NCBI GenBank assembly: GCA_029884425.1 | Contig: JAOUHV010000009.1 | Location: 1,571 to 65,570, forward strand | Length of the DNA: 64,000 bases | Direction of reading: 5' to 3' | Source of the DNA: Gammaproteobacteria bacterium | GTDB taxonomy: Bacteria; Pseudomonadota; Gammaproteobacteria; S012-40 | Part shown: positions 1-9,346 of the stretch, in pieces | Layout: each line of letters starts with the position of its first letter | Numbering within the stretch: position 1 is the first letter of the stretch | Notes under the pieces: model-generated | Told to the model about the DNA's origin: nothing | The model's database searches: none | Seen by the model: the letters and a program-made list of their open reading frames with translations, nothing else | Translations under genes and position numbers: made by a program

Positions 1-318
1 GCTACAAATGAGAGTGACAACCATGAGCCGGATATTGAGCTCTCTCCGTTCGGTATCACCAGCAACGTAATTTATGACCCGCCCCATGTCTCCCCGCGCA
101 TTCGTGCACAGGATGGCGTACTGCTGGCCTGCCAGCAGCCCATGTCGCCACTGGAGGAGCGGGATGTACTGGAAATAGTGATCAGCCATCAGGCCCATGA
201 TGACATCCGCCGTCGCCTGGATCAGTATGGTGTGTTCGACAAGCAACTCTTCCCCGACCTGGACGGCATTGCCAAATGGCTCAAATACCGGGTCTATGAA
301 ACCAATGGCATGGCTTAA
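1..318 (+). CDS. 3' end of an upstream gene (partial, 5' end outside window); product unknown
   Basis: Frame-1 open from base 1 to TAA at 316-318 (105 aa, no in-window start). The next gene starts 10 nt downstream, so it is probably co-transcribed with the nuclease and hsdR genes. I do not recognise the C-terminal sequence (..QLFPDLDGIAKWLKYRVYETNGMA). Confidence 0.35.
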   Translation, partial: ATNESDNHEPDIELSPFGITSNVIYDPPHVSPRIRAQDGVLLACQQPMSPLEERDVLEIVISHQAHDDIRRRLDQYGVFDKQLFPDLDGIAKWLKYRVYETNGMA

Positions 319-327
319 AGGAATAAC

Positions 328-1248
328 ATGAGCGACATAAAACTGTTTCGTACCGATGCCAAAGGCGTAGTGGAGCTGCCAAGTCAGTCCATGGCGCTAG
401 AGCGTTCGCTCCAATCGCTGATGGAAAAGAATTTGGAGGCGCTACTTGGGGTGCGCTTTCTCGCCTCGGAGTACTCCACCGGCGCCAAACACAAGGGGCG
501 CATCGATACGCTGGGCATTGATGAAAACGGCTGTCCTGTGATCATCGAATACAAGCGCAACACCAATGAGAATGTGATTAATCAGGGGCTGTTTTATCTC
601 GACTGGCTGATGGATCATCAGGCGGAATTCAAACTGCTGGTATTGGAGCAGTTGGGCAAAGAGGCCGCCGATGAGATTGAGTGGGGCGGGCCACGGCTGT
701 TGTGTATTGCCGGTGATTTTACCCGCTACGATGAGCATGCTGTGTTGCAGATGAATCGCAACATCGAACTGATTCGCTATCGTCACTACCCGGATGGTTT
801 TCTGATTCTGGAGCGGGTGAATTCGGTTACAGTCGAGTCAGTGGCAGCACCTTCCAGCCATAGCCATACTGGTGCCAAATCCAAACAGGTATACACCACC
901 GTTTCCCAATATCTGGAACGCGCGCCTGAGCAGGTGAAATCGCTGTACCAGGATGTCGAGGATCTGCTGTTGTCGTTGGGTGACGATGTGGAAAAAAAGG
1001 TACTGAAGTTCTATGTCGCCTACAAACGGATCAAAAACTTTGCCTGCGTGGAGGTGCGTGTGCAGGCAATGTGTGTGGTTGTTTATTTGAAGTGCCCAAC
1101 TACGCCAGATTACATTATTGATGGCTTTACACGTGACGTAAGCAATATCGGCCATTTTGGTACCGGTGACCTTGAAGTCACACTGCGCAGCAAAGAGGAT
1201 GTTGAACGGGCTCGCCATCTGTTCGAGCTAAGTTATCAGGCGAGTTAG
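328..1248 (+). CDS. PD-(D/E)XK (NucS/DUF91-like) nuclease-domain protein with C-terminal DUF5655-like region
   Basis: 306-aa ORF. The N-terminal part has a D..E.K pattern (GRIDTLGIDENGCPVIIEYKRN) typical of the restriction-endonuclease fold. The architecture resembles proteins often found inside type I R-M loci. It lies 12 nt upstream of hsdR. Confidence 0.55.
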   Translation: MSDIKLFRTDAKGVVELPSQSMALERSLQSLMEKNLEALLGVRFLASEYSTGAKHKGRIDTLGIDENGCPVIIEYKRNTNENVINQGLFYLDWLMDHQAEFKLLVLEQLGKEAADEIEWGGPRLLCIAGDFTRYDEHAVLQMNRNIELIRYRHYPDGFLILERVNSVTVESVAAPSSHSHTGAKSKQVYTTVSQYLERAPEQVKSLYQDVEDLLLSLGDDVEKKVLKFYVAYKRIKNFACVEVRVQAMCVVVYLKCPTTPDYIIDGFTRDVSNIGHFGTGDLEVTLRSKEDVERARHLFELSYQAS

Positions 1249-1259
1249 GGGGGGAAGGA

Positions 1260-4200
1260 ATGTCTCAAACCAACGAAAAAGCATTTGAGGCCTACGTAGA
1301 GCAAACCTTACTGACCAAGGGTTGGCAACAGGGCTCAGTCAGTGGCTGGGACAAGGATCGCGCGCTGTTCCCGCAACAGATCCTTGGGTTTATCGAGGCT
1401 ACGCAGCCCGAGCTGTGGCAAAACATGCTCACCCAGCATGGTGCGCAACTACAGCCGATGTTGATCGAGACACTGGTGAAGGAGCTGCGCATCAAGGGTT
1501 CGCTGCATGTGCTGCGCCACGGCTTTAAGTTTTACGGCAAGGGCTTTCGCCTGGCCTATTTCAAACCGGCCCACGGTCTGAATGAGGAGATTCTGACCCA
1601 GTACGGGCAGAACCAGCTTACCGTGACGCGGCAGGTGCCTTGCCACCCCGGTGACCACTCAACGGTGGATCTGGTGTTTGCCCTGAATGGCCTGCCGGTA
1701 GCCACCTGTGAGCTGAAGAACCCCTGGACCGGCCAGAGCTGGCGCCATGCGGTGCAGCAGTATCAGCAGGATCGCATTCCCGGTGCACCGCTGTTCGAGT
1801 TCAAACAGCGGGCGCTGGTGCATTTTGCGGCGGATCCCAACGAAATTCACATGACCACCCGCCTGCAGGGTGGCAAGACCTTCTTTTTGCCCTTTAATCG
1901 CGGCAGCCACCCCGGCGAGGTGCAGTGCGGTGCCGGTAACCCGGCCCATCCATCAGGCCACCGCACCGGTTACTTCTGGGAGGAGGTGCTGGAGCGGGAG
2001 AGTTTTCTCGACATTCTTGGCCATTTCATCTTCATCCAGCGCAAGGAGGAGAAGGTGGAGGATGGCCCCCAGGGATCAGGGCGCGGCAGCCGTTTGGTGA
2101 CCAAGGAGGCGATGATCTTTCCCCGCTATCACCAGCTGGATGCCACCCGTAAGCTGATTCGCACCGCCAAGACTGAAGGCACGGGCAATAACTATCTGAT
2201 TCAACACTCGGCGGGCAGTGGCAAGACCAACTCCATCTCCTGGCTATCACACCGGCTGGCAAGCCTGCACGATGACCGCGATCACAAGATCTTCGATTGC
2301 GTGGTGGTGATTACCGACCGGCAGGTGCTGGACCGCCAGCTACAGGATGCCATCTACCAGATCGAGCATGCCCAGGGGGTGGTGAAGGCGATCGATCAGG
2401 ATGCGAAACAGTTGGCCGAGGCGCTGATCGACGGCACGCGCATTGTGATCACCACTTTGCAGAAGTTTCCCTTTGTGTTGCGCGGCCTGCTGCGCAGCGC
2501 CGGGGCGGAGAACCCGGATGAGGCCGATGCCCAGAGCCGCGCCCAGGCCAAGGCGTGGGAGGATGAGATCGGCAAGCGCCGCTATGCGGTGATTGTGGAT
2601 GAGGCGCATTCGTCGCAAAGCGGCGAGACGGCCCGCGAGCTGAAGGCGATTCTGGGGGCCAATGCGGCACCGGCAGACGAGGAAGAGGACTGGGAGGATG
2701 GACTCAACCGGGTGATGGCCTCACGGGGTCGTCAGCCCAACATGAGCTTTTTCGCCTTTACCGCCACGCCCAAGGGCAAGACACTGGAGCTGTTTGGTCG
2801 TGTCGGACCAACGGGCAAACCAGAGCCGATCCACCTTTACAGCATGCGCCAGGCGATTGAGGAGCGCTTCATTCTCGATGTGCTGCAAAACTACACCACC
2901 TATGACACCTACTTCCGCCTGGTAAAGGCGGCAGAGGATGACCCGGATCTGCCGAAGAAGAAGGCGGCACGGGCGCTGGCCAAGTTTCTGGTGATGCACC
3001 CTACCAATATCAGCCAGAAGATCGAGGTGATCGTCGAACACTTTCGCAACAACGTGCGCCAGCATCTGGGCGGGCAAGCCAAGGCGATGGTGGTCACCGG
3101 TTCACGCCTGCACGCGGTGAAGTATATGCAGGCGTTTGAGCGTTACATCGCTGAACGGGGTTATACCGATGTTCGGCCGCTGGTGGCCTTTAGTGGCACG
3201 GTGAAAGACCCGGAGACCGGAGAGGAGTTTACCGAACCGGGTATGAATACCGATGTGGTGACTGGCAAACCAATCAGTGAGAAACAGTTGCCGGAGCGCT
3301 TTGCCTCACCCGATTATCAGGTATTGCTGGTAGCCAATAAGTATCAGACCGGATTCGATCAACCACTGCTGATGTCGATGTATGTGGACAAACGACTGGA
3401 CGGGGTGCAGGCGGTGCAGACGTTATCGCGCCTCAATCGCATGATTCCCGGCAAGCAGACGCCGTTTGTACTCGATTTCGTCAATGGCGCAGAAGAGATC
3501 TATTCGGCCTTCAAGCCCTATTACGATGCCACCAGTTTGCAGGAGAGTTCCGATCCATCACAGCTGGAGCAGTTAAAGCATGAACTGGACAAGGCGCAGG
3601 TCTATCACTGGAGCGAGGTGGAAGCCTTCTCACGCTTCTTTTACAAGTTGCCTGCTAACCAGAATCCGGCGGACCATGCGCATATCAATCGCCAGCTACA
3701 ACCGGCCATTGATCGCTTCAAGGCAATTGAGGATGAGGAGAAGCGCAGTGAGTTCCGCGACAAACTGAGCGGCTATGTGCGGGTTTACTCCTTCCTGAGC
3801 CAGATCATTCCCTTTGGTGATGCCGACCTGGAGATGCTGTTCAGCTATGGTCGTTTGCTGCTACCACACCTGCCACTTGATCGCGACACGACAGTGGTAA
3901 AACTGAATGAAGAGGTGGATTTGCAATACTACCGTTTGCAGCGCGTATTCTCCGGTGCAATCAACCTCAAGGACGGCGAAGGGGAGTATGGAGTAAAGAG
4001 CCCCACTGATGTCGGTACCGGTCGAGCAAAAGATGAGACAGCTCCACTCTCGGAGATCATCAAGGTATTGAACGAACGCTTTGGCACCAACTTCACCGAT
4101 GAAGATCGTCTGTTCTTCGAGCAGATAAAAGAGAAAGCAGCACACTCACCGCAGGTGGTTCAACTTCGGCAGGCCAACCCGTTCGACAAGTTCCAACTGG

Positions 4201-4367
4201 GACTGCGCAAGATGCTTGAGGACATCATGATCCAGCGCATGCATGAGAACGACAAGATCGTAACCCGCTACATGGATGACAAGGCATTTGAAGAGGCTGC
4301 GTTTGCGGTGCTATCGAAGGTGATTTATGAAGCGATTCCAGGCCAGCAAGGAAGCCAACCCAACTGA
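1260..4367 (+). CDS. hsdR: type I restriction enzyme R subunit (HsdR, SF2 helicase-nuclease)
   Basis: 1035 aa. N-terminal nuclease motif (DLVFALNGLPVATCELKN), Walker A (QHSAGSGKTNSISW), DEAH box (VIVDEAHSSQ), and a C-terminal region typical of HsdR. No hsdM or hsdS is visible in the window. Confidence 0.85.
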   Translation: MSQTNEKAFEAYVEQTLLTKGWQQGSVSGWDKDRALFPQQILGFIEATQPELWQNMLTQHGAQLQPMLIETLVKELRIKGSLHVLRHGFKFYGKGFRLAYFKPAHGLNEEILTQYGQNQLTVTRQVPCHPGDHSTVDLVFALNGLPVATCELKNPWTGQSWRHAVQQYQQDRIPGAPLFEFKQRALVHFAADPNEIHMTTRLQGGKTFFLPFNRGSHPGEVQCGAGNPAHPSGHRTGYFWEEVLERESFLDILGHFIFIQRKEEKVEDGPQGSGRGSRLVTKEAMIFPRYHQLDATRKLIRTAKTEGTGNNYLIQHSAGSGKTNSISWLSHRLASLHDDRDHKIFDCVVVITDRQVLDRQLQDAIYQIEHAQGVVKAIDQDAKQLAEALIDGTRIVITTLQKFPFVLRGLLRSAGAENPDEADAQSRAQAKAWEDEIGKRRYAVIVDEAHSSQSGETARELKAILGANAAPADEEEDWEDGLNRVMASRGRQPNMSFFAFTATPKGKTLELFGRVGPTGKPEPIHLYSMRQAIEERFILDVLQNYTTYDTYFRLVKAAEDDPDLPKKKAARALAKFLVMHPTNISQKIEVIVEHFRNNVRQHLGGQAKAMVVTGSRLHAVKYMQAFERYIAERGYTDVRPLVAFSGTVKDPETGEEFTEPGMNTDVVTGKPISEKQLPERFASPDYQVLLVANKYQTGFDQPLLMSMYVDKRLDGVQAVQTLSRLNRMIPGKQTPFVLDFVNGAEEIYSAFKPYYDATSLQESSDPSQLEQLKHELDKAQVYHWSEVEAFSRFFYKLPANQNPADHAHINRQLQPAIDRFKAIEDEEKRSEFRDKLSGYVRVYSFLSQIIPFGDADLEMLFSYGRLLLPHLPLDRDTTVVKLNEEVDLQYYRLQRVFSGAINLKDGEGEYGVKSPTDVGTGRAKDETAPLSEIIKVLNERFGTNFTDEDRLFFEQIKEKAAHSPQVVQLRQANPFDKFQLGLRKMLEDIMIQRMHENDKIVTRYMDDKAFEEAAFAVLSKVIYEAIPGQQGSQPN

Positions 4368-4380
4368 AATCGACCAATAA

Positions 4381-4457
4381 TGGCGCGCCCGAGACGATTC
4401 GAACGTCCGACCTTTGCCTCCGGAGGGCAACGCTCTATCCAGCTGAGCTACGGGCGC
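4381..4457 (-). tRNA. tRNA-Arg (anticodon CCG)
   Basis: Reverse complement reads GCGCCCGTAGCTCAGCTGGATAGAGCGTTGCCCTCCGGAGGCAAAGGTCGGACGTTCGAATCGTCTCGGGCGCGCCA. It folds as a cloverleaf with a 7-bp acceptor stem, a CU-CCG-GA anticodon loop, a GTTCGAATC T-loop and an encoded CCA. It is near-identical to enterobacterial tRNA-Arg(CCG). Its 3' end faces the hsdR stop 14 nt away. Confidence 0.9.
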
Positions 4458-4726
4458 CTGATTTTCCAGAACCGAGGTTCCGACGCTGATATCTCAGCGA
4501 TTTCTGCCATAAACCTGGCGGTTTACGACCATGAACCGGGCGAAAAAAACAGCGATTGAACACTTCACGGTTAATTCGGCGGAGCATTGTTCCGATAGGA
4601 TGGCGATGACATCCCCGGAAAGCGGCATAGGATACCCCAAAGGATGGTGGCCCGTCTATCGGACTATCCCTTTGGCATTTGCACCGCTTCGGGGTATGCT
4701 CTTACAAACCAATGACCTAGGCAATT

Positions 4727-5617
4727 TTGATGTCCCTGTTGATCATAATTTTGGGCTTGATCACCGAGCGATTTTTAGGCGAACTGAAACTCTATCGCCG
4801 TTTTGACTGGTTTGCGACCGGTACCCAAGTCACGTTAAAAACCTTCAAAAAGTGGCCCGCACTGAACAGCGGCGCTGCGGTGGTGGCGCTGCTGCTGATC
4901 ATTGCCCTGATTTCTGCGCTGCTATTCCATGCACTATACAAACTGTCGCCGCTACTCTGGTTTGTTGCAGCAGGAATTGCGCTAGTTTATTCGTTGGGCC
5001 CTAAAACCTTTTACGATGACGCCAAAACCTTTTCCCGCGCCTTCGAAGCCGGGGACACGCAGGCAGCCTACCACCACGCCCAGGAGCTATTCGACCGCCC
5101 GCTGACCGAAGACGAAAGCCGCCACATCATGCGCAGCAGCGTGGAGGCTTTGCTGGTTGCCGCCAACGACCGTTTGTTTGGCACCTTGTTTTGGTTCATT
5201 GTCGCCGGCCCGGTCGGCGCATTGATGTACCGCCTGTCCAGCCATCTGGCGCACTGGGCCGAGCACCATCCTCATCGTGAAGAGGATGAGGCTTTTGTCG
5301 TAACCGCTGAAAAAGTTCACTTCTTCATGAAGTGGGCCCCTACTCACTTGCTCGCATTAAGCTACGGTCTGGCAGGTAATTTTTCCCACAGCCTGGCGCA
5401 GTGCCGCGTGATCAATGCACGCACCTGCTCGCAATGGAAAAATAGTCACGACCAAATCATTATCTGCGCCGGGCTGGGAGCCCTGGGCAAAGATGCAGAA
5501 AGCCTGGACGAATACCAGCCAGAAAATATCGGTGCTGCGCTGGCGCTGATCAGACGCTCCGCCGTCCTTTGGTTAATGGCCACGGCACTGCTCACCCTGG
5601 CGGGCATCCTCTCCTAG
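4727..5617 (+). CDS. ampE: AmpE-family inner-membrane protein
   Basis: 296 aa, multi-TM. The N-terminus (LIIILGLITERFLGELK...) and internal LFWFIVAGPVG / W.P.RL pattern resemble E. coli AmpE ([21 protein letters not shown]...LFWLIVGG). No ampD is adjacent. Confidence 0.55.
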   Translation: MMSLLIIILGLITERFLGELKLYRRFDWFATGTQVTLKTFKKWPALNSGAAVVALLLIIALISALLFHALYKLSPLLWFVAAGIALVYSLGPKTFYDDAKTFSRAFEAGDTQAAYHHAQELFDRPLTEDESRHIMRSSVEALLVAANDRLFGTLFWFIVAGPVGALMYRLSSHLAHWAEHHPHREEDEAFVVTAEKVHFFMKWAPTHLLALSYGLAGNFSHSLAQCRVINARTCSQWKNSHDQIIICAGLGALGKDAESLDEYQPENIGAALALIRRSAVLWLMATALLTLAGILS

Positions 5618-5714
5618 AGTTCGCAATGACTTCACTTTACTGTGCAATGTGATTACCCTATAGGCAGGATTTGCCTATACTTCTCGCACAAAAATTATAA
5701 TTAACAGGGAATCT

Positions 5715-7028
5715 ATGATTTCGTCATTCCACCTAACGCGCTTGTGTGTCGCCGTCTCGCTGGCATTGGTAATCGCCGGCTGCGCCAGTCCGCGCCTGCA
5801 GGATATTCAGCCCACCCAGGAAGATATCAGCCATTATCAGAACATGACCGGCAACGCAGCCATTGCCGAGCTGGAAGAATCGCTCGCCAAACTACGCGTC
5901 AGCCAGGATTTGAATTTTTTCGCCCCCAGCCACTTTGAGCTGGTCAGCCGCTCGCTGGATGATGCGCGCAGCAAAGCTGCCGTGAATGCCTCCGATTCGC
6001 AAATTGCCCTGAAAGTGGCGACTGCCGAGGCCGTGCTGCGCAATGGTCAGCGCGTTGCCAAACAGGTTAAGGACCTGTTGGAAGAAGAAATTGCGATTAA
6101 GCAAAGTCTGGATAATCTCAACACCCGCGACACCTACGCCAGCGAATACTCCAGCCTGGTGGATCGCATGAGCCAAATCATTCGCGACATTGAGAATGGC
6201 AAAAAATCTCGCGCCGAAGAACTGCGCCCTCAGTTGCTTCAGGACATGCAGGAACTGGAAGTACGCGCCATTCGTCACGAAGCACTGCACGAGGCGGAAG
6301 AAATGCTCATGCGCGTGTCCAACAACGGTGGCGCGGACTTGACCCCCATCACCTATCGCGACGCCATGGCTGTGTTCACTCGCGCCGAGGAATTTATTAA
6401 CGCCAACGCCCATGATCGCGCCAGCGTCAAAAAAGTGGCCGCCGAAGCATTGTTCGCCGCCAAACGCGCCCTGAGCATTTTGGGCGAAGTGGCCGCGCTA
6501 AACCATAAATCTCGGCAGTCGCTGGAACAAATCGTGTTGGATGAAGAGTTCCGTCTGTATCGCATTGCCCGCCGCTTGGGAATAGACGATCCACGCTCCC
6601 AACCGCTGGAAGTTCAGTCAGAAATTTTGAGCAAAGCAGTCGCCTCGATTATCGAGGAGCGCAGCAACAATGAGCAAATGGCAGAAATTCTGAGCGATGC
6701 CGTGGCCCGCCAGGCAGAAATCAACAACGAACCGGCGCTGCTTGAGGAAATCCGCAACCTGAAACGCGAACGCAGTGAATTGCTGGCCAAGGAATCGCTG
6801 TACACCACCAAACTCGCCGAACTGCGTGAGCGACTTGAAACCACTCAGAAACGCGCCATAAACGCCGAGAGCAAACTGGAGACGCTCATCGCCCAGCAAA
6901 CAACAATCCAACCCGCCTCAACAGCAGTGATCTCGCCCGCAGACGAAACAACGCCATCTCAGGAAAATACGCCTGCAGCAGAAGGCACCGCGACCGAGTT
7001 CGGCGCATTTGCCAACTCGGCGCCTTAG
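5715..7028 (+). CDS. lipoprotein, coiled-coil rich, unknown function
   Basis: 437 aa. Signal peptide with lipobox (LALVIAG-C), long Glu/Leu/Arg/Gln-rich predicted coiled-coil regions, and a Pro/Thr/Ala-rich tail. Its 3' end overlaps the convergent CDF transporter gene by 4 nt. Confidence 0.55.
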   Translation: MISSFHLTRLCVAVSLALVIAGCASPRLQDIQPTQEDISHYQNMTGNAAIAELEESLAKLRVSQDLNFFAPSHFELVSRSLDDARSKAAVNASDSQIALKVATAEAVLRNGQRVAKQVKDLLEEEIAIKQSLDNLNTRDTYASEYSSLVDRMSQIIRDIENGKKSRAEELRPQLLQDMQELEVRAIRHEALHEAEEMLMRVSNNGGADLTPITYRDAMAVFTRAEEFINANAHDRASVKKVAAEALFAAKRALSILGEVAALNHKSRQSLEQIVLDEEFRLYRIARRLGIDDPRSQPLEVQSEILSKAVASIIEERSNNEQMAEILSDAVARQAEINNEPALLEEIRNLKRERSELLAKESLYTTKLAELRERLETTQKRAINAESKLETLIAQQTTIQPASTAVISPADETTPSQENTPAAEGTATEFGAFANSAP

Positions 7029-7900
7029 ACGGGCGAGCTGGCCACACCCGGCTCAATGTGAATCGAGATATCGTGAACCTGGAACCGCTCTTCCAGCAAC
7101 TGTTCCACCACATCAGAAATTACGTGCGCCTGCTCAGTCGTTAGATCGGGCGCCACTTCGATCACCATGTCCACCGCCCGGTGTGCGCCGATCCAGCGAG
7201 AACGCAGCTTGGTCACCTGCCACACGCCCTCCACCTCACTGACGGCACGAATCAGCGGTTCCGGCTCCACCGCAATTTCATCCACCAATACCGGCACTGC
7301 CCGCTTGAACAATCCGTAGGCCAACACCAGCACCATCGCCGCCACCAGCAGAGTCACAACTTTATCCACCCAGAGATAGCCCATCGCCGCCATTTGCCAA
7401 CCGATAATAACGCCCAAGGTGATCAACACATCGCTGAAAGTATGACTGGCGTCCGCCAATAAAATGTCAGAATTCAATCGTTTTGCCCAGCGACGCTCCC
7501 ACCAGGAAATCGTCACATTGCTCACCAACACCAAGGCCATCAGGCCCATCGCCCAGGGGTTCGTGTCCACCGGTTTGGGTTCCGCGGTAAACGCGTGCAC
7601 CACCAGCTCAAACGCCAGCACCACCAGAATGGAGCCCAGGACAAACACCGCCAGATTTTCAAACTTCCGGTGCCCATAGGGGTGCTCGCGATCTGCAGGG
7701 CGACTGGAAATACCAATCACCACCCAGGCAACGATATTGTTCGCTAGATCGGTCAGAGAATGCAGTGCATCTGCCAGCACCGCCATGGAACCCGTCCATA
7801 CACCGACCACCACTTTGATCACCAGCACCAGCAAGTTGGCCAAGCCTTCAATGAGGATAATCCTCAGTACTGTGCGATCACGATCCGATCGATTATCCAC
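7025..7900 (-). CDS. cation diffusion facilitator (CDF) family divalent-metal efflux transporter
   Basis: 291 aa. Six TM segments, a conserved HSL.D motif on TM2 and H..SDV on TM5, and a C-terminal cytoplasmic domain. It resembles CzcD/FieF. Confidence 0.85.
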   Translation of the reverse strand: MDNRSDRDRTVLRIILIEGLANLLVLVIKVVVGVWTGSMAVLADALHSLTDLANNIVAWVVIGISSRPADREHPYGHRKFENLAVFVLGSILVVLAFELVVHAFTAEPKPVDTNPWAMGLMALVLVSNVTISWWERRWAKRLNSDILLADASHTFSDVLITLGVIIGWQMAAMGYLWVDKVVTLLVAAMVLVLAYGLFKRAVPVLVDEIAVEPEPLIRAVSEVEGVWQVTKLRSRWIGAHRAVDMVIEVAPDLTTEQAHVISDVVEQLLEERFQVHDISIHIEPGVASSPV

Positions 7901-8158
7901 CCTCCAGACCTCCTAATCGGTCAATAATTAGACTAAACATCAATGCGTTATATTTTTTTGTGGTCTTTAAGGATGCTGTCATATTTGGCAGCGAAAATAC
8001 GGCCCAAATCTGGCATTAGCTTCAGCTTCGATTCAATAACCAGAGGCAACTGATTACTGATGTACCCACATGCTAGCAATTCCACCATAGGCCAAAATGG
8101 CCCTTTGACTCAGTCCTTTCGTTGGATTAGTATGCGCCCGCTTCGCGGACGCTAGGAT

Positions 8159-8878
8159 GTGGACCACAATAGGGGATCTAAGTTTATGGACCTAAACTCT
8201 ACCGCGCTGGACGATGCCACGCCCAAGGATCAAGCTAGCTACCAGTTTTTCATCAACGGCCCTGTCGGCCGGATTGAGGCTCTTCTCAACCGCGCCACCG
8301 AAAGCAGCCGTTTCAATGCCATTGCCGTCATCTGCCACCCACACCCACTGTACGATGGCAGTCTGCACAACAAAGTCACCTATACCCTTGCCCGCACCCT
8401 GAACAGCCTGGGCATACCGGCGCTGCGTTTTAATTTTCGTGGTGTTGGTGAAAGCCAGGGCAATTACGCCAATGGCGAGGGCGAACTGCAGGACCTGCTG
8501 GCCGTCATCGCCGAGGCCAAGCGGCTTTATCCAGGCCGCGACCTTTGGCTGGCCGGATTTTCTTTCGGTGCCTATATCGCACTGCGAGCCGCACACCAGG
8601 CCAAACCTGCGCAACTGATCACCATTGCACCCGCGATCAACTTCTTCGATCCGCACGCGATCCGCACGCCGACCTGCCCTTGGCTGTTAATCCAGGGCAA
8701 GGACGACGACATCGTCCCCTGCGAGGAAGTGCTTGATTGGCTGGAAGACCTCCACCCCGCCCCCAGTCTGCGCCTGGTGGAGGGTACCGGACACTTTTTC
8801 CATCGGCAACTGGTTACGCTGCGCAACGCCATTGAGCATCATTTCGAACAAAACCAGCTGGATTCTGTCGCTGTCTGA
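8159..8878 (+). CDS. alpha/beta-hydrolase fold protein
   Basis: 239 aa. Nucleophile elbow GFSFG (G-x-S-x-G), a candidate catalytic Asp in the C-terminal half and a His in GTGHFFH. The true start may instead be the ATG at 8186 (MDLNSTAL), which has a better Shine-Dalgarno. Confidence 0.7.
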   Translation: MDHNRGSKFMDLNSTALDDATPKDQASYQFFINGPVGRIEALLNRATESSRFNAIAVICHPHPLYDGSLHNKVTYTLARTLNSLGIPALRFNFRGVGESQGNYANGEGELQDLLAVIAEAKRLYPGRDLWLAGFSFGAYIALRAAHQAKPAQLITIAPAINFFDPHAIRTPTCPWLLIQGKDDDIVPCEEVLDWLEDLHPAPSLRLVEGTGHFFHRQLVTLRNAIEHHFEQNQLDSVAV

Positions 8879-9219
8879 TGCCCAAAATCCGGCTATGCGC
8901 CCTTTCCGACATTGACGAAAACCAAAGCAAAGGCTTCTCCCCCGAAGGAGAGCCTTTGCAGCAACTGTTCATCGTTCGCCGCGATGGCCAATACTTCGCC
9001 TACCTCAACCAATGCCCTCACACCGGTGCCACCCTGAACTGGCAAGATCACCAGTTTCTGGACATCGACAATCAATATATTCAATGCGCTGTCCATGGCG
9101 CCCTTTTTCGGGTACACGATGGCTACTGTCTGCGCGGCCCCTGTGCCAACCAGCGACTGTCCTCAGTCAGCATCGAAATCCTGGATAACGACATTTACTG
9201 GCTAAAATCCCACACCTAA
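8878..9219 (+). CDS. Rieske [2Fe-2S] domain protein
   Basis: 113 aa. CPH..(17 aa)..CAVHG Rieske ligand boxes. The start overlaps the preceding stop (ATGA), suggesting translational coupling with the hydrolase. Confidence 0.75.
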   Translation: MPKIRLCALSDIDENQSKGFSPEGEPLQQLFIVRRDGQYFAYLNQCPHTGATLNWQDHQFLDIDNQYIQCAVHGALFRVHDGYCLRGPCANQRLSSVSIEILDNDIYWLKSHT

Positions 9220-9346
9220 TCTAGTATTTTTGCTGGAATTTTCAGCAAACAATCAAAAATCAGTTAATTTATTTGACGTTTTTCCGCTAAGACTTACTGC
9301 CTGCTTCTAGTAATCAGCACAATGACAACGGGAATGTCGAACTCTC

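Noticed and set aside
4531-4806. 91-aa plus-strand ORF upstream of and overlapping the ampE-like gene
   Set aside because: It overlaps the better-supported ampE-like frame and has no motif. It probably reflects an upstream in-frame ATG in leader sequence.
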